A DNA stretch of 64,000 nucleotides from an uncultured Candidatus Entotheonella sp. (GTDB lineage Bacteria; Tectomicrobia; Entotheonellia; Entotheonellales; Entotheonellaceae): positions 128,001-192,000 of the forward strand of contig OZ244252.1 in the NCBI GenBank assembly GCA_965217185.1, written 5' to 3'. Under the pieces are notes generated by a model that did not search any database, was not told the DNA's origin, and saw only the letters and a list, made by a program, of their open reading frames with translations. Position 1 is the stretch's first letter. Each line of letters opens with the position of its first letter. The translations under genes and the position numbers were made by a program. Shown here piece after piece: positions 44,043-57,353 of this stretch.

Positions 44043-44365
44043 TTACTTGGCGGCACCGGCACCCTGTGCATCGAGACGACCTTCGAGGCGGGAAATCCGC
44101 CCCTCGAAAGCGTGAAGGACTCGAACATCTCATCGAAGCGGCGGTTGAGGTCGTCGTGCTGACGGCTGTTTTCGACCTGCACAGCGTCAAACCGGGCGTT
44201 GACGGCATCAAAGCGGACGTTGGTTTCCGCCTGCATGCGGTCAAACCGAGCATTGGTCTCAGCCTGCATACGGTCCATACAGTCGTTGATCTGGCTGAAC
44301 ATCGCAATCAAGGTCACAAACAGGCCTATCAGCAACACGTAGTTGACAATCGTCTTCCAGTCCAA
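44043..44365 (-). pseudogene. Frameshifted coiled-coil repeat membrane protein (paralog of 44460-44813)
   Basis: DWKTIVNYVLLIGLFV..., QAETNARFD repeats; a 1-nt shift near 44120 restores VLHAFEGRISRLEG, matching the neighbour's VLRFFEGRVTRLEE. Confidence 0.7.
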
Positions 44366-44459
44366 AGTTTGCCCCTTGCCATCGGCGGGTGGCAAAAGTC
44401 CCCAAAACGGCGTTTTTCCTGGAACGCAGCCCTCCAACGCGCCGGAGTCAAAAACCCGG

Positions 44460-44813
44460 CTATTCGGCGTTTTCGGGGTCGACACCGGCTTTTTCTTCGA
44501 GGCGCGTAACGCGGCCCTCGAAGAAACGCAGCACCTGCTGCATGGCATCGTGTTGACGTTGGTTTTCAGTCTGCATGGTGTCAAACCGTCGGTTCATCTC
44601 GTCAAACCGTCGGTTCATCTCCGCCTGCACCTCGTCGAACCGTCGATTGTTTTCCGCCTGCATCGTGTCGAACCGGCGGTTGGATTCAGCCTGCATCCCG
44701 TCGATGCGGTCGTTCAACGCGTCGATGCGCGCGTTGACTTGGTTGAACATGGTCACCATCGCCACGAACAAACCCACCAGCAATACGTTGTTAGTGATCG
44801 CCTTCCAGTCCAT
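44460..44813 (-). CDS. Coiled-coil 11-residue-repeat protein with N-terminal TM helix
   Basis: RBS GGAGG; repeats such as MQAENNRRFDE. Confidence 0.75.
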   Translation of the reverse strand: MDWKAITNNVLLVGLFVAMVTMFNQVNARIDALNDRIDGMQAESNRRFDTMQAENNRRFDEVQAEMNRRFDEMNRRFDTMQTENQRQHDAMQQVLRFFEGRVTRLEEKAGVDPENAE

Positions 44814-44836
44814 GTACCCTCCCGTCCCAATCCGAT

Positions 44837-44910
44837 CAGCCATGAATTCATGCGTTCGTAATCGCCGTTCGTGCCGAGGTCGTATGACAGCCAGATCGTC
44901 CTTTTCTCGG
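44837..44910 (-). pseudogene. Truncated 5' remnant of the 'YDL' gene
   Basis: TIWLSYDLGTNGDYERMNSWL versus TIWLSYDLGVNGDYEGMYAWL; start GTG changed to GAG. Confidence 0.8.
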
Positions 44911-44968
44911 TTTTCTCTCCTCGCTGTCTCCCCAACGCCCTAGGTCCGGCCGTCAGCAGACGCTGAAC

Positions 44969-45625
44969 TCATCGAGAGCGCTGCACGCCGATGCGCTTGC
45001 AGAACGACGCCACCGGGCACTGGCTGCACATCGGTGAGGTCGGCTTGCAGCAGTGTTGGCCCAAGGCCACAAGCATGGGGTTGTAGGTGATCCACAGGTC
45101 GCGCGGCAGCTTCTTGCGCAGCGCCATCTCGGTGGCCAGCGGGTCCTTCGTCTTGACGTAGCCCCAGCGGTTGGAAATACGGTGCACGTGGGTGTCGACG
45201 CAAATGGCCGGGATGTTGTAGCCCTCGGCGAGGACCAGGTTCGCCGTCTTGCGCCCCACGCCGTGGAAGGATGTCAGGGTGTCGATGTCGTTGGGAACCT
45301 GGCCGTCGAATTCGTCCAGCAGCCGCTGTGAGATGGCCAGCACTTGTTCGGCCTTGTTGCGATAAAAGCCGACGGGGTAAATGGCGCGCTCGATAGTTTT
45401 CTGGTCCAGCTTCAGCATGGCCTCCGGCGTGTCCGCCAAGGAGAACAGGCGTTGCGCCGCCGGGCCGGTCGTCTGGTCCTGGGTGCGCAGGCTGAGCAGG
45501 GTGGCGATCAGCACCCGGTACGGGTCGCGGTGTTCCTGGGCCATCAGGGTAATCACCGGCGCATCCCAGTGCGGCACTTCGCGCTGTAAAATGGCCAATG
45601 CTTCGCGCACCTGTTGACGTGTCAT
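44969..45625 (-). CDS. nth: Endonuclease III
   Basis: HhH GVGRKTAN, VDTHVHR and C-terminal Fe-S cluster Cys motif. Confidence 0.95.
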   Translation of the reverse strand: MTRQQVREALAILQREVPHWDAPVITLMAQEHRDPYRVLIATLLSLRTQDQTTGPAAQRLFSLADTPEAMLKLDQKTIERAIYPVGFYRNKAEQVLAISQRLLDEFDGQVPNDIDTLTSFHGVGRKTANLVLAEGYNIPAICVDTHVHRISNRWGYVKTKDPLATEMALRKKLPRDLWITYNPMLVALGQHCCKPTSPMCSQCPVASFCKRIGVQRSR

Positions 45626-45737
45626 GGCGTTCCAATCGGTGGGGGGTGTTGAGACGCGGGATTATAGGGTAGACGGCGAGCGGTCTACAAGGACGAACGC
45701 CCCGCTGGGCAGAGGGAGCGCGCAGACGCGAACGAAT

Positions 45738-45768
45738 GTCGGATTACGCTTCGCTAATCCGACCTACA
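45738..45768 (-). repeat. GTAG-type REP-like palindrome just after the ligA stop
   Basis: Identical core to the 15712 copy. Confidence 0.8.
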
Positions 45769-45771
45769 TTT

Positions 45772-48571
<2,800 letters not shown>

Positions 48572-48575
<4 letters not shown>

Positions 48576-49750
48576 ACCTTCTCCTGGAAGATGCCGATGC
48601 TCGCCGTGAAGCCGTGCAGGAAATTGCTGTTGCCGATGGGGCCGATTTCGCCGTTGCAAAAAAACCCGGCGCTTGGGATGTCGCCGGTGGCGGCGGCAAT
48701 CATCTCGCTATCGTGGTTCGGCTTGCCGTACAGGTGGGCGCCGCGCCCGTTGCAGGAGAAAACCAGCGCCCCCTGCGCCGGCCGGTCGGCCAGCTTGGGC
48801 GTGAGGGCGTCCATCATCACGGTCAGGTCCTCGCGCGCGGTGTCGGCGTCGCGCACGTGCAGTTGCACCGTTTGGCCGGGCCGGGTGGTTTCGCCGACGG
48901 CGATGGCGCCGCTTTTGGGGTCGGCGCCGAGCAGGGTGCGAATGAGAAAATCGCCGCGCTCGAAGGTCTCCTTGTATTCGTCCACCACGCGCCCGATGAG
49001 CAGCGCCGTGCGCGCCAGTTCCTGGTCCTCGGGGGACAACTCGCCGACGGTCTCGCGCGCCACTTCCAGCGCCGGGCGGCCGCTCAGCTCGTAGATGATC
49101 TGGTCCTCACAGCGCGTCACGAACTGGGGCCGGCCGATGGGCTTGCAGCCCTGCGATACCACGGTGTGCAGCACGAAGTCTCCCTGCAAGGCAATGCCGA
49201 CCGCGCCGTGCAGCACCTCGCCGTCCAGAAACAACGCGCAACTGTTCTGCGACTGGCCGCCGCTGGCCAGGCCGCCGAGCACCGGGCGCAGGGGATAGGC
49301 GTTGTTGAACACGTCAAGCAGCTTGCGGGGGTCGATGACGTAGGGATCGGGCAGCAGGATGAAGGTCGGCTGGTCGTCGGGCGACAGCCCCAGCCGCTCG
49401 TGCCAGTAGCTATCCGACGTTTCCTCTTCCAGCTCGGGCTGTTCGATATGAAACGGCGTGATGGTGACGCCCGGCAGGTGGGCCGCCATCAGGGACAGGC
49501 CGGGCCGCTGCTCCACCTCCTGCTGGTCGCCGATCACCCCGCCGCCGGTGCAGCCGATCAGGGTGTGGCTGGACAGCCGTTCCTGCATGACCTGCAGCTG
49601 ATGGGGGAAATCTTTCAGGTGATGAGGGGAAGCGAAAACAAGGCTCAGGTGGGCAGACTGGTCGGACAACCGGCTGGTTATGTTGTCCAATACCTCCGCA
49701 ACCGCCGCTGCGGTTTGCACCTCGCGTGACATGGCACTGGCAAACTGCAT
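48572..49750 (-). CDS. FIST domain protein
   Basis: IGCTGGG, GGLASGG, VSQGC.PIG, FSCNGRG and GFFCNGEIGP. Confidence 0.9.
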
Positions 49751-49773
49751 GACAAGGCTCCTCTGTTACGTCG

Positions 49774-50712
49774 CTATTCTTGCGGCTGCCACAGGTGGGT
49801 GCTGGCGTAGCGCTCGCCCAGGTCGTTGAACAGGGTGACGATGTGGCCCCGGCGCACGCGCGCGGCAATCGTGGCCACCCCCTGCATGTAACCGCCCGAG
49901 GACTGGCCGACGAAAAACCCCTCGCGCGCCAAGCGCCAGCACATGTCGTACGCTTCTTCAATGGTGACGTCCACGCGCTCGTCAATGACGCTCTGATCGA
50001 GGATGGCCGGCACGATGGCGTCGGGCGTGCCGAGCGGCTTCAGCCCTTCGATGCCGGGAAACTCTTCGGGGATGATGGCGATGACCTGGATGGAGGGGTC
50101 GTATTCCTTGAGCCGCCGGCCGATGCCGGTGATGGCGCCGCCAGTGCCGATACCGCCGACGAAATGGGTCAGTTGGCCGCCGGTTTGCTCCAGGATTTCC
50201 AGGGCGGTGCCGTGGTAATGCGCCTGCCAGTTGCTCGCGTTGCCGTACTGGTCGGCGAAGAAATAGCGATCCGGCTCTTCCTCGGCCAGGCGGTGCACCT
50301 CGCGCAGCGCCTCGTCGTAGCCCTTCAGCGCGTCGGTGGTGATGAGGTTCGCGCCGTGCGCCACGATGCGTTTACGGCGCTCCAGACTGGCGTTTTCGGG
50401 CACCACCAGGGCTACGGGATAGCCGAGGGCAGCGCCGAGCATGGCGTAAGCGATGCCGGCGTTGCCGGAACTAGAATCCAGAATCGTCCTGCCGGGACAC
50501 AAGGCGCCGCTGGTCAACGCATCCAGCAGAATCTGCCGCACCGGGCGATCCTTCAGCGACCCTCCGGGGTTGAAATACTCCAGCTTGGCGAACACGTCGA
50601 TATCCGGCAAGGTGTCGCGCAGGACGTTCACCTGCACCAGTGGCGTGTTGCCGATCGTTCCCAGAAGGGGATACTGCTCGATCAGTTGTTTGTGATCACT
50701 TAGTGTTGGCAT
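49774..50712 (-). CDS. PLP-dependent cysteine synthase family protein
   Basis: IGNTPLV, NPGGSLKDR, SSGNAG and GIGTGG. Confidence 0.9.
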   Translation of the reverse strand: MPTLSDHKQLIEQYPLLGTIGNTPLVQVNVLRDTLPDIDVFAKLEYFNPGGSLKDRPVRQILLDALTSGALCPGRTILDSSSGNAGIAYAMLGAALGYPVALVVPENASLERRKRIVAHGANLITTDALKGYDEALREVHRLAEEEPDRYFFADQYGNASNWQAHYHGTALEILEQTGGQLTHFVGGIGTGGAITGIGRRLKEYDPSIQVIAIIPEEFPGIEGLKPLGTPDAIVPAILDQSVIDERVDVTIEEAYDMCWRLAREGFFVGQSSGGYMQGVATIAARVRRGHIVTLFNDLGERYASTHLWQPQE

Positions 50713-50856
50713 GATGCTGTCTCATTTCGTGCGTGTGCAATCTGGTGTTGGGATAAAGGGTGTCGTTTTGCAAGCTCTTCTCGTCTTACGCCTCAGGGCC
50801 GCGCGTTGACTTGGTTGCCCAGCCTCGACGGAGCCCGCTTCAGCGAAAGCTGCCCC

Positions 50857-51795
50857 ATGCCCTTGCCCCATAGCCCCCGATCGTTGGTCGTTGCCTTGCT
50901 GGCGACGCTGATACTGCTCCTGGCCGCGCTTCCAAGTGTTGTCCGCAGGAAGAACCAGATGGCGGAGACGCTGCGCAAGTCTATGCGTTTGGCATGCACT
51001 TGTTTCGGCTTGGGGACTACTACCGCGCTGTCACCGAACTGAAGCGATTCACGCTGTTGTTTCCCCGGCACCGGCAGCACGATGCCGCGCAAATCCTCAT
51101 CGGTCTGGCCTTGCAAAGCGACGCGGCGTACGACGGTGCCTTTACTCATTTTCAGAGGCTGAGCCAGTTTAATGGGGAGACAAGTGCCACGCAAGTGGCG
51201 TCTTTCAAGCTCGGCGCGCTCCCCTTTGAGCAAGGCCAGTACCAGCTCTCGGCACGCAATTGGCAACGGTTCCTGAATGACGCGCCGCAGGGCCCCCTCG
51301 CCCGGCGGGCGGCGTTATCTCCTGGGATTGTCCGGGTGGCTCGATGGTCAGAAGAACGAGGCCCAAGGCGCGTGGAGCCTGCTGCCTGCCGGCGATCCGT
51401 TGTCCGACAAGGCATCGGCGTTGCAGGCAGAAGCCCAACAACTGGCCCCGTTGCGCCATAAATCACCCACTGTGACCGGCGTCCTGCCGGGGGCCGGGCA
51501 TCTGTACATCGGCAAGCCGCTGCAGGCCCTGACGACGTTCCTGCTCAACGGCCTGTTCCTCACCGGCGCCGCCTCTGCCTTGCACGAGGGGTTGGAGGGC
51601 ACGGCGGCCGTCCTGCTCTTATTCGAAACCGGCTGGTATCTCGGCACCATCAACAGCGCTAGGGCCGGGGCCCGCGAGTTCAATCGCCGACAGCAACAAG
51701 CCGCCACCGACCATCTGCTCGCCACCTACGGCCTGCCGCGGCTTGATCTTGAGCAACTCCAGCTACCGGCCTTGGGCCTTCGGCTCAGCTTCTGA
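50857..51795 (+). pseudogene. Frameshifted TPR + membrane (TM2-like) protein
   Basis: Signal peptide, TPR-like GDYYRAVTELKRF and KSP...PGAGHLY.G segments lie in three successive frames. Confidence 0.6.
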
Positions 51796-51806
51796 TCCCA
51801 TCTCTC

Positions 51807-52901
51807 CTAAAACTCCGGCACCGTGAACTCGTCCAGGCTACCCGTGCGAATGGCCTCGCGGATCTGGCTCATCAGACGCAGGTAATACGTCACGTTGTGC
51901 ACCGTGTTGAGGTGCAGCGCCAGGATTTCACCCGCCATGAACAGGTGGCGCAGGTAGGCGCGCGAGTGGTGCTGGCAGGTGAAGCAGTCGCAGTCGGGGT
52001 CCAGCGGGCGCTCGTCGGCGCGGTGGCGGGCGTTCTTGATCGCCACCTTGCCGGTGGAGGTAAACAGGAATCCGTTGCGAGCGTTGCGGGTCGGCAGAAC
52101 GCAATCGAACATGTCGATGCCCAGGCGCACGGCGTGCAGGATGTCCTGCGGCTTGCCGACGCCCATCAGATAGCGCGGCTGCTGCTCGGGCAGTTGCTGT
52201 GCGGTGTGGGCCACCATGTCATACATGACCGACCGCGCCTCGCCAACGCTGAGTCCGCCGATGGCATAGCCGTCGAAGCCGATGTCTTGCAGTTCCTTTG
52301 CGCTGGCGTCCCGCAATGCCTTGTAGACGCTGCCCTGCACGATGCCGAAAAGCTCCCCGGCACGCTTGCGCCCCGCCGCGTGGCAGCGTTGCGCCCAGCG
52401 TCCGGTCAGCTCCATGGACAGCCGCGCGCCGTCGTAAGTGACGGGGTAGGGCGTGCACTCGTCGAAGGCCATCATGATGTCGGAGCCCAGGGCCAGCTGG
52501 ATGTCGATGGCGCGTTCCGGGGTGAGCAGGTGCCGTGAGCCGTCCACGTGGGACTGGAAGGTCACGCCGTCTTCGGAAACGCGCGCCAGGTTGCTCAGGC
52601 TGAAGACCTGAAAGCCGCCGCTGTCGGTGAGGATGGGCAGGCGCCAGCCCATGAACTCGTGCAGCCCGCCGAGACTGCGGATGAGCTCGTGGCCAGGGCG
52701 CAGGTAGAGGTGATAGGTATTGCCGAGGATGATCGAGGCGCCGCAGTCCAGCAGGTCGCTGCTGCGCAGGGCCTTCACGGTTGCCTGCGTGCCCACCGGC
52801 ATGAACACGGGCGTGTCGATGGCGCCGTGCGGCGTTTCCAGGCGTCCGAGGCGGGCCTGGCTGCGTGCGTCGTGGGCGACGACATTGAACGTCAGCGGCA
52901 C
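51807..52901 (-). CDS. tgt: Queuine tRNA-ribosyltransferase
   Basis: TPVFMPVGT, DSGGFQVFSL, FDCVLPTR and CDCFTC. Confidence 0.96.
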   Translation of the reverse strand: MPLTFNVVAHDARSQARLGRLETPHGAIDTPVFMPVGTQATVKALRSSDLLDCGASIILGNTYHLYLRPGHELIRSLGGLHEFMGWRLPILTDSGGFQVFSLSNLARVSEDGVTFQSHVDGSRHLLTPERAIDIQLALGSDIMMAFDECTPYPVTYDGARLSMELTGRWAQRCHAAGRKRAGELFGIVQGSVYKALRDASAKELQDIGFDGYAIGGLSVGEARSVMYDMVAHTAQQLPEQQPRYLMGVGKPQDILHAVRLGIDMFDCVLPTRNARNGFLFTSTGKVAIKNARHRADERPLDPDCDCFTCQHHSRAYLRHLFMAGEILALHLNTVHNVTYYLRLMSQIREAIRTGSLDEFTVPEF

Positions 52902-52903
52902 GG

Positions 52904-54094
52904 TCAGTCCTCCGCTCTGACGTAGCGCCTCGGCACTTGTTGGCCGACGGCGCACAGCACTTCGTAAGGGATACGTCCGCATCGTTCCGCCATGTCGTCG
53001 ACCGTCAGGCGATCTTGTCCCTGGGCGCCGATCAGCACCACCTCGTCTCCCACCTGCGCTTGCGGTACGTCGCTGAGGTCGATCACGCACAGGCCCATGC
53101 AGACGCGGCCCACCATGGGCGCTCGCCGGCCGCGAATCAGCACCTCGCCGACGTTCGACAGGCCGCGGTCCAGCCCATCGGCATAGCCCACCGGCAAGGT
53201 GCCGAGACGGCTGGGGCGCCGCGTCACGAAGGTGTGGCCGTAGCTCACGCCGGTGCCGGCCGGCACGGACTGGATGCGGATCAGGCGGGTCGTCCATCGC
53301 ATCACCGGACGCAACTCGCAGGCTCGACGGGAGGGGAAGGGGTGCGACCCGTAGAGGGAGATGCCCGGACGCACGAGGTTGCCGTGGCTCTCGGGGTACC
53401 GGAATATCCCGGCGCTCCCGGCGGCGTGAATGTAGCGCGGCTTGACGCCTTGGGCTGCAGCCGCCCGCAGCACGCCGCGGAAGTCGTCCAGGTGGCGCCG
53501 GGTTCCGCTGCCGTCGTCAGGCGCGTCGGCGGTAGCCAAGTGCGTCATCACGCCTTGCAGGTGGAGTTGCGGCCATTCGCCGAGTTTGCCGAAAAAGGCC
53601 GCGCAGTCCTGCGGCAGCAACCCGTAGCGGCTCATGCCGGTATCGACTTTCAGGTGAATGGGATAGGTGAGTTGGCGGCGGGCGGCCTCGCGGTTCAGCC
53701 GGTCAGCGTCCTCGCGGCGCCCGACGGTGGGCGTCAGACGGTGGTGAACGAGGGCGTCGATTTCTTCCGGCCAAGTCGGCCCCAGCACCAGGACCGGCGC
53801 CCGGATACCTTGTTCCCGCAACGCGGCGCCCTCCAGGCAGCGGGCCACCCCAAGCCACGTGGCGCCGCTCGCCAGGGCGGCTTCGGCCAAGACGGCGGCA
53901 CTGTGGCCGTAGGCGTCGGCCTTGACCACGGCCATGATCTCGCAATCGGGTTGCAGGCAGTCGCGAACGGTACGGAGGTTGTGGGTAAAGGCATCGACGT
54001 TGATTTCGGCCACCGCCGGGGGGGCGCCGGTCGGCAGGAAGGGCGTTGTGCTCAGGGGGTCACCGCTGTCCCCTATCCACGCTTCAGCCGGCAC
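52904..54094 (-). CDS. alr: Alanine racemase
   Basis: AVVKADAYGH, HLKVDTGM.R and GYADG; start approximate. Confidence 0.95.
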   Translation of the reverse strand: MPAEAWIGDSGDPLSTTPFLPTGAPPAVAEINVDAFTHNLRTVRDCLQPDCEIMAVVKADAYGHSAAVLAEAALASGATWLGVARCLEGAALREQGIRAPVLVLGPTWPEEIDALVHHRLTPTVGRREDADRLNREAARRQLTYPIHLKVDTGMSRYGLLPQDCAAFFGKLGEWPQLHLQGVMTHLATADAPDDGSGTRRHLDDFRGVLRAAAAQGVKPRYIHAAGSAGIFRYPESHGNLVRPGISLYGSHPFPSRRACELRPVMRWTTRLIRIQSVPAGTGVSYGHTFVTRRPSRLGTLPVGYADGLDRGLSNVGEVLIRGRRAPMVGRVCMGLCVIDLSDVPQAQVGDEVVLIGAQGQDRLTVDDMAERCGRIPYEVLCAVGQQVPRRYVRAED

Positions 54095-54095
54095 G

Positions 54096-55451
54096 TTAAT
54101 AATCGCCCTGTCGCGCGAGATTATCGAAGCGCGTGAACTCGCCGAGAAAGGCCAGGCGCACTTTACCAATTGACCCGTTGCGGTGCTTGGCGATATTGAC
54201 TTCCGCCACGCCACGCTCGTCGCTGTTTTCGTCGTAGACCTCGTCTCGATACAGCATCGCCACCAAGTCGGCGTCCTGCTCGATAGCGCCGGATTCCCGC
54301 AGGTCGGACAGTTGTGGTCTGTGGTCTGTACGCTGTTCCGGGGCGCGGCTGAGTTGAGACAGGGCGACCACGGGCACATGGAGTTCGCGGGCCAGGGCTT
54401 TGAGGGCGCGGGTGATGTCGGAGATTTCCTGCTGGCGGTTTTCGGCGCGTGAGCGGCCTTGCATGAGCTGAAGATAATCGACGATGACGAGCCCAAGGTC
54501 GCCCTGCTCGCTGCGTAGCCGGCGAGCCTTGGCGCGGATGTCGAGCGCCGTTTGCATGGAGGTGTCGTCGATGTAGATGTTGGCCTGGCCGGAGAGGTCC
54601 CCGGCCGCCGCGGTCAGCAGGCTCCAATCGCTGTTGGTCAAATACCCGGTGCGCAGCTTCGAGGAGTCGACCTTCGCCTCGGCGCACAGCATCCGCAGGG
54701 CCAGTTGTTCCTTCGACATTTCCAGGCTGAAGATGGCGATTGGCTTGCCCGTTCGCATGCCCGCGTGGGCGGCAATGTTCAGGGCGAGGGTGGTTTTTCC
54801 CATGCTGGGCCGCCCGGCGATGATGATCAGATCGGAAGGCTGCAGGCCGGCCGTCTTATCGTCGAGATCGCTGAAACCGGTAGGCAGGCCGGTAATTCGC
54901 TCCATGCGAGCCGACAGGTTTTCCAACTGCCGGAAACTGTCTTTCAGTAGACTCTGGAGATCAGCGAAACCGGAGGTGGCCTTGCCTTGGCTGATTTCGA
55001 GGATCGACCGCTCGGCGCGGTCGAGCAGCGAGGCCACGTCCTCGTCCTCCTCGTAGCTGTCCGTCACGATGGTGGTGGCCGTGCGGATGAGGGCTCTCAG
55101 GACGCTTTTTTCCCGCACTACGCGGGCGTGGTAATCGACGTGTGCGGCGGTCGGCACCAACTCGACGAGTTCCGCCAAGTAGGCGGGGCCGCCTATTGCG
55201 TCGAGGCGGTTTTTCTTTTTCAGCCACTCGTTGACGGTGAGAACGTCGATGGGAACATTTTCCTGGAAGAGATCGAGCATGGCGCGGAACAGCCAGCGGT
55301 GGGCGTCGTGGTAGAAGTCCTCTTCCTGCAGCGTGTCGGCGAGCCGGACGATCGCGTCGTTATTTTGCAGAATCGCGCCCAGAATGCTTTGTTCCATCTC
55401 CACATTCTGAGGCGGCAGTTTTTGGAGAGCGATGGACTGTCCGTTGTCCAT
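54096..55451 (-). CDS. dnaB: Replicative DNA helicase
   Basis: GRPSMGKT, VDYLQL and DLRESGAIEQDAD; no intein. Confidence 0.97.
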   Translation of the reverse strand: MDNGQSIALQKLPPQNVEMEQSILGAILQNNDAIVRLADTLQEEDFYHDAHRWLFRAMLDLFQENVPIDVLTVNEWLKKKNRLDAIGGPAYLAELVELVPTAAHVDYHARVVREKSVLRALIRTATTIVTDSYEEDEDVASLLDRAERSILEISQGKATSGFADLQSLLKDSFRQLENLSARMERITGLPTGFSDLDDKTAGLQPSDLIIIAGRPSMGKTTLALNIAAHAGMRTGKPIAIFSLEMSKEQLALRMLCAEAKVDSSKLRTGYLTNSDWSLLTAAAGDLSGQANIYIDDTSMQTALDIRAKARRLRSEQGDLGLVIVDYLQLMQGRSRAENRQQEISDITRALKALARELHVPVVALSQLSRAPEQRTDHRPQLSDLRESGAIEQDADLVAMLYRDEVYDENSDERGVAEVNIAKHRNGSIGKVRLAFLGEFTRFDNLARQGDY

Positions 55452-55462
55452 GGCGGCACGCC

Positions 55463-55909
55463 TCATTCTTCTGCGACGACGGTTACCTTCAGGTCGGCTG
55501 ACACCGAGGCCGGCAGGCGGACGGGTACGGCGAATTCGCCGAGGCTTTTGAGCGGCTGATCGAGCTGGATGTTGCGGCGGTCGATGGTGAAGCCGGCTTC
55601 CTTGAGTTGCTCGGCGATATCCATCGTCGTCACCGAGCCGAACAACTTACCCTCCTCACCGGCCTTGCGGGTAAAGCTGAATTGCAAGGTTTGTAATTTC
55701 TCGGCCAGTGTGCTCGCTTCGAGCCGGGCGTGGGCGATGCGGTTTTCTCGCAGATGCTGTTCATGGGCCAGTTGGCGAGCGTTTCTGGCCGTGGCCGCGA
55801 TGGCCAGGCCGCGTGGCAGGAGATAGTTGCGGCCGTAGCCTTCAGCCACCTCGACGACATCGCCGATTTCGCCCAGATGCTCCACTTCGTGCATCAGAAT
55901 GACTTTCAT
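55463..55909 (-). CDS. rplI: 50S ribosomal protein L9
   Basis: GYGRNYLLP and GKLFGSVT. Confidence 0.97.
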   Translation of the reverse strand: MKVILMHEVEHLGEIGDVVEVAEGYGRNYLLPRGLAIAATARNARQLAHEQHLRENRIAHARLEASTLAEKLQTLQFSFTRKAGEEGKLFGSVTTMDIAEQLKEAGFTIDRRNIQLDQPLKSLGEFAVPVRLPASVSADLKVTVVAEE

Positions 55910-55985
55910 GATTTTGTCTCCTTACGGTTCAGAGATTCGGACATTATAGCAACAGTCGAGGCGTTGTTCGCCCGTTCTATCAGGG

Positions 55986-56954
55986 TTAGGGCTCTGACAG
56001 TTGACGGCGTTGGCGTCGGAAATCGACCCACAGATCAAACAGTCCCGCGACGGTGCACGCCAGCATGCAAAACGGAGCCGCCAGCAGGAAGGCCAGGATA
56101 GCCAGCAGCCAGCACGCCGCGGAAGGGAGCGGCAAGCGGCGCCCCCAGTACACCAGAATGGCCAGACCCTGTATGAAATAGATCGCCAGGGTGACGAGAA
56201 AGACGTTCAGACCGATATAGTTGAGTGCCGGCGACGGTAGGAACAGGACAGCGCCACTGGCCAGAAAGATCCACACCAGGTAATCCGTTGCGCGCCAATC
56301 GGCGATGTCCGCCGGAGCGAAGGGTATCGGCGGCTCGTGATGCTGCAAGTAGCGCCGTGCGAGGAGGTAGTTCAGCACGTTGGGAAAGAGGAAGTTGACG
56401 GCGCACACGGCAGGCAGCACGACAGCCATGGTGCGCGGCAGCACTTCGAGCGCGGCGGCCGTGGCTTCCTCGTTCCGCAGGCCCTCCATCTGTTGCAATT
56501 GCTCGTATAGCCCGTCCGCCATTTGTTCGAGCATGTGGATCAGATAGGCGTGCGGCGTTTGCTGGGCCATGGCGCTTACGAACAGCAGTACCACGGTGCC
56601 AATGCCAATTGGCAGGACGACGCTCCAGGAAATGATGCGTGAGGCCGTGTAGCCCAACCGAATGGCCGCGCCGAGCGTCAGCCCCACAACGCTGTATTGT
56701 GCCAGGAGCAGCAGGCTTGGCAGCGCCGTGATGACAAGCAGAGCGCCCGCCTGCAGGCCGATGAGCCACAATACGTGGCGCCACGGATACTTCACCACCA
56801 GGATGGTGATGGGGAACGGGCCCAACAGGGTCGGGAACAACCATTCAAGCGGCGCAAATGCCGGGAGTAGGACCAGGGCCAGGGACAGCCCGGCCAGCAC
56901 TGGCAACTCCGTGTTGCGGCGAACTCGCTGACGCTCCTTTGCATCCATCTTCAT
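55986..56954 (-). CDS. DUF2232 (YybS-like) membrane protein
   Basis: Multi-TM, ends GLFDLWVDFR; sits between rpsR and rplI. Confidence 0.8.
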   Translation of the reverse strand: MKMDAKERQRVRRNTELPVLAGLSLALVLLPAFAPLEWLFPTLLGPFPITILVVKYPWRHVLWLIGLQAGALLVITALPSLLLLAQYSVVGLTLGAAIRLGYTASRIISWSVVLPIGIGTVVLLFVSAMAQQTPHAYLIHMLEQMADGLYEQLQQMEGLRNEEATAAALEVLPRTMAVVLPAVCAVNFLFPNVLNYLLARRYLQHHEPPIPFAPADIADWRATDYLVWIFLASGAVLFLPSPALNYIGLNVFLVTLAIYFIQGLAILVYWGRRLPLPSAACWLLAILAFLLAAPFCMLACTVAGLFDLWVDFRRQRRQLSEP

Positions 56955-57038
56955 ACGCTCGCTGGCGCTCGTTGTGGGCGCCTTCCTTTCCTGCCCGACC
57001 GCCGCGTCACCAGGATGTCCCGCATACTGCGCGGCGGG

Positions 57039-57299
57039 TTATTCGGCTGTAAAGGGTATCAGGGCGATATGGCGTGAACGCTTGATCGCTACCGTAAGCT
57101 GGCGTTGATGTCCCGCGCAGTTGCCGGAAATGCGCCGCGGGATGATCTTGCCGCGCTCGGTCACCAGGTTTCGCAACCGCCGTATGTCTTTGTAATCAAT
57201 GAAAGTTACCTTGTCGACGCAGAAGCGGCATATTTTTTTGCGCAGGAAGCGCCGCCGCTTGCGTGCTACCGCTTTCTTTCTCGAAGTGTTGACTGCCAT
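57039..57299 (-). CDS. rpsR: 30S ribosomal protein S18
   Basis: CRFC..IDYKD and [11 protein letters not shown]. Confidence 0.97.
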   Translation of the reverse strand: MAVNTSRKKAVARKRRRFLRKKICRFCVDKVTFIDYKDIRRLRNLVTERGKIIPRRISGNCAGHQRQLTVAIKRSRHIALIPFTAE

Positions 57300-57353
57300 G
57301 CTTGCCCTCTTTCGTGGGGGGGTGACCCCTAAAATCCGAGTGTTGCCTGATGC

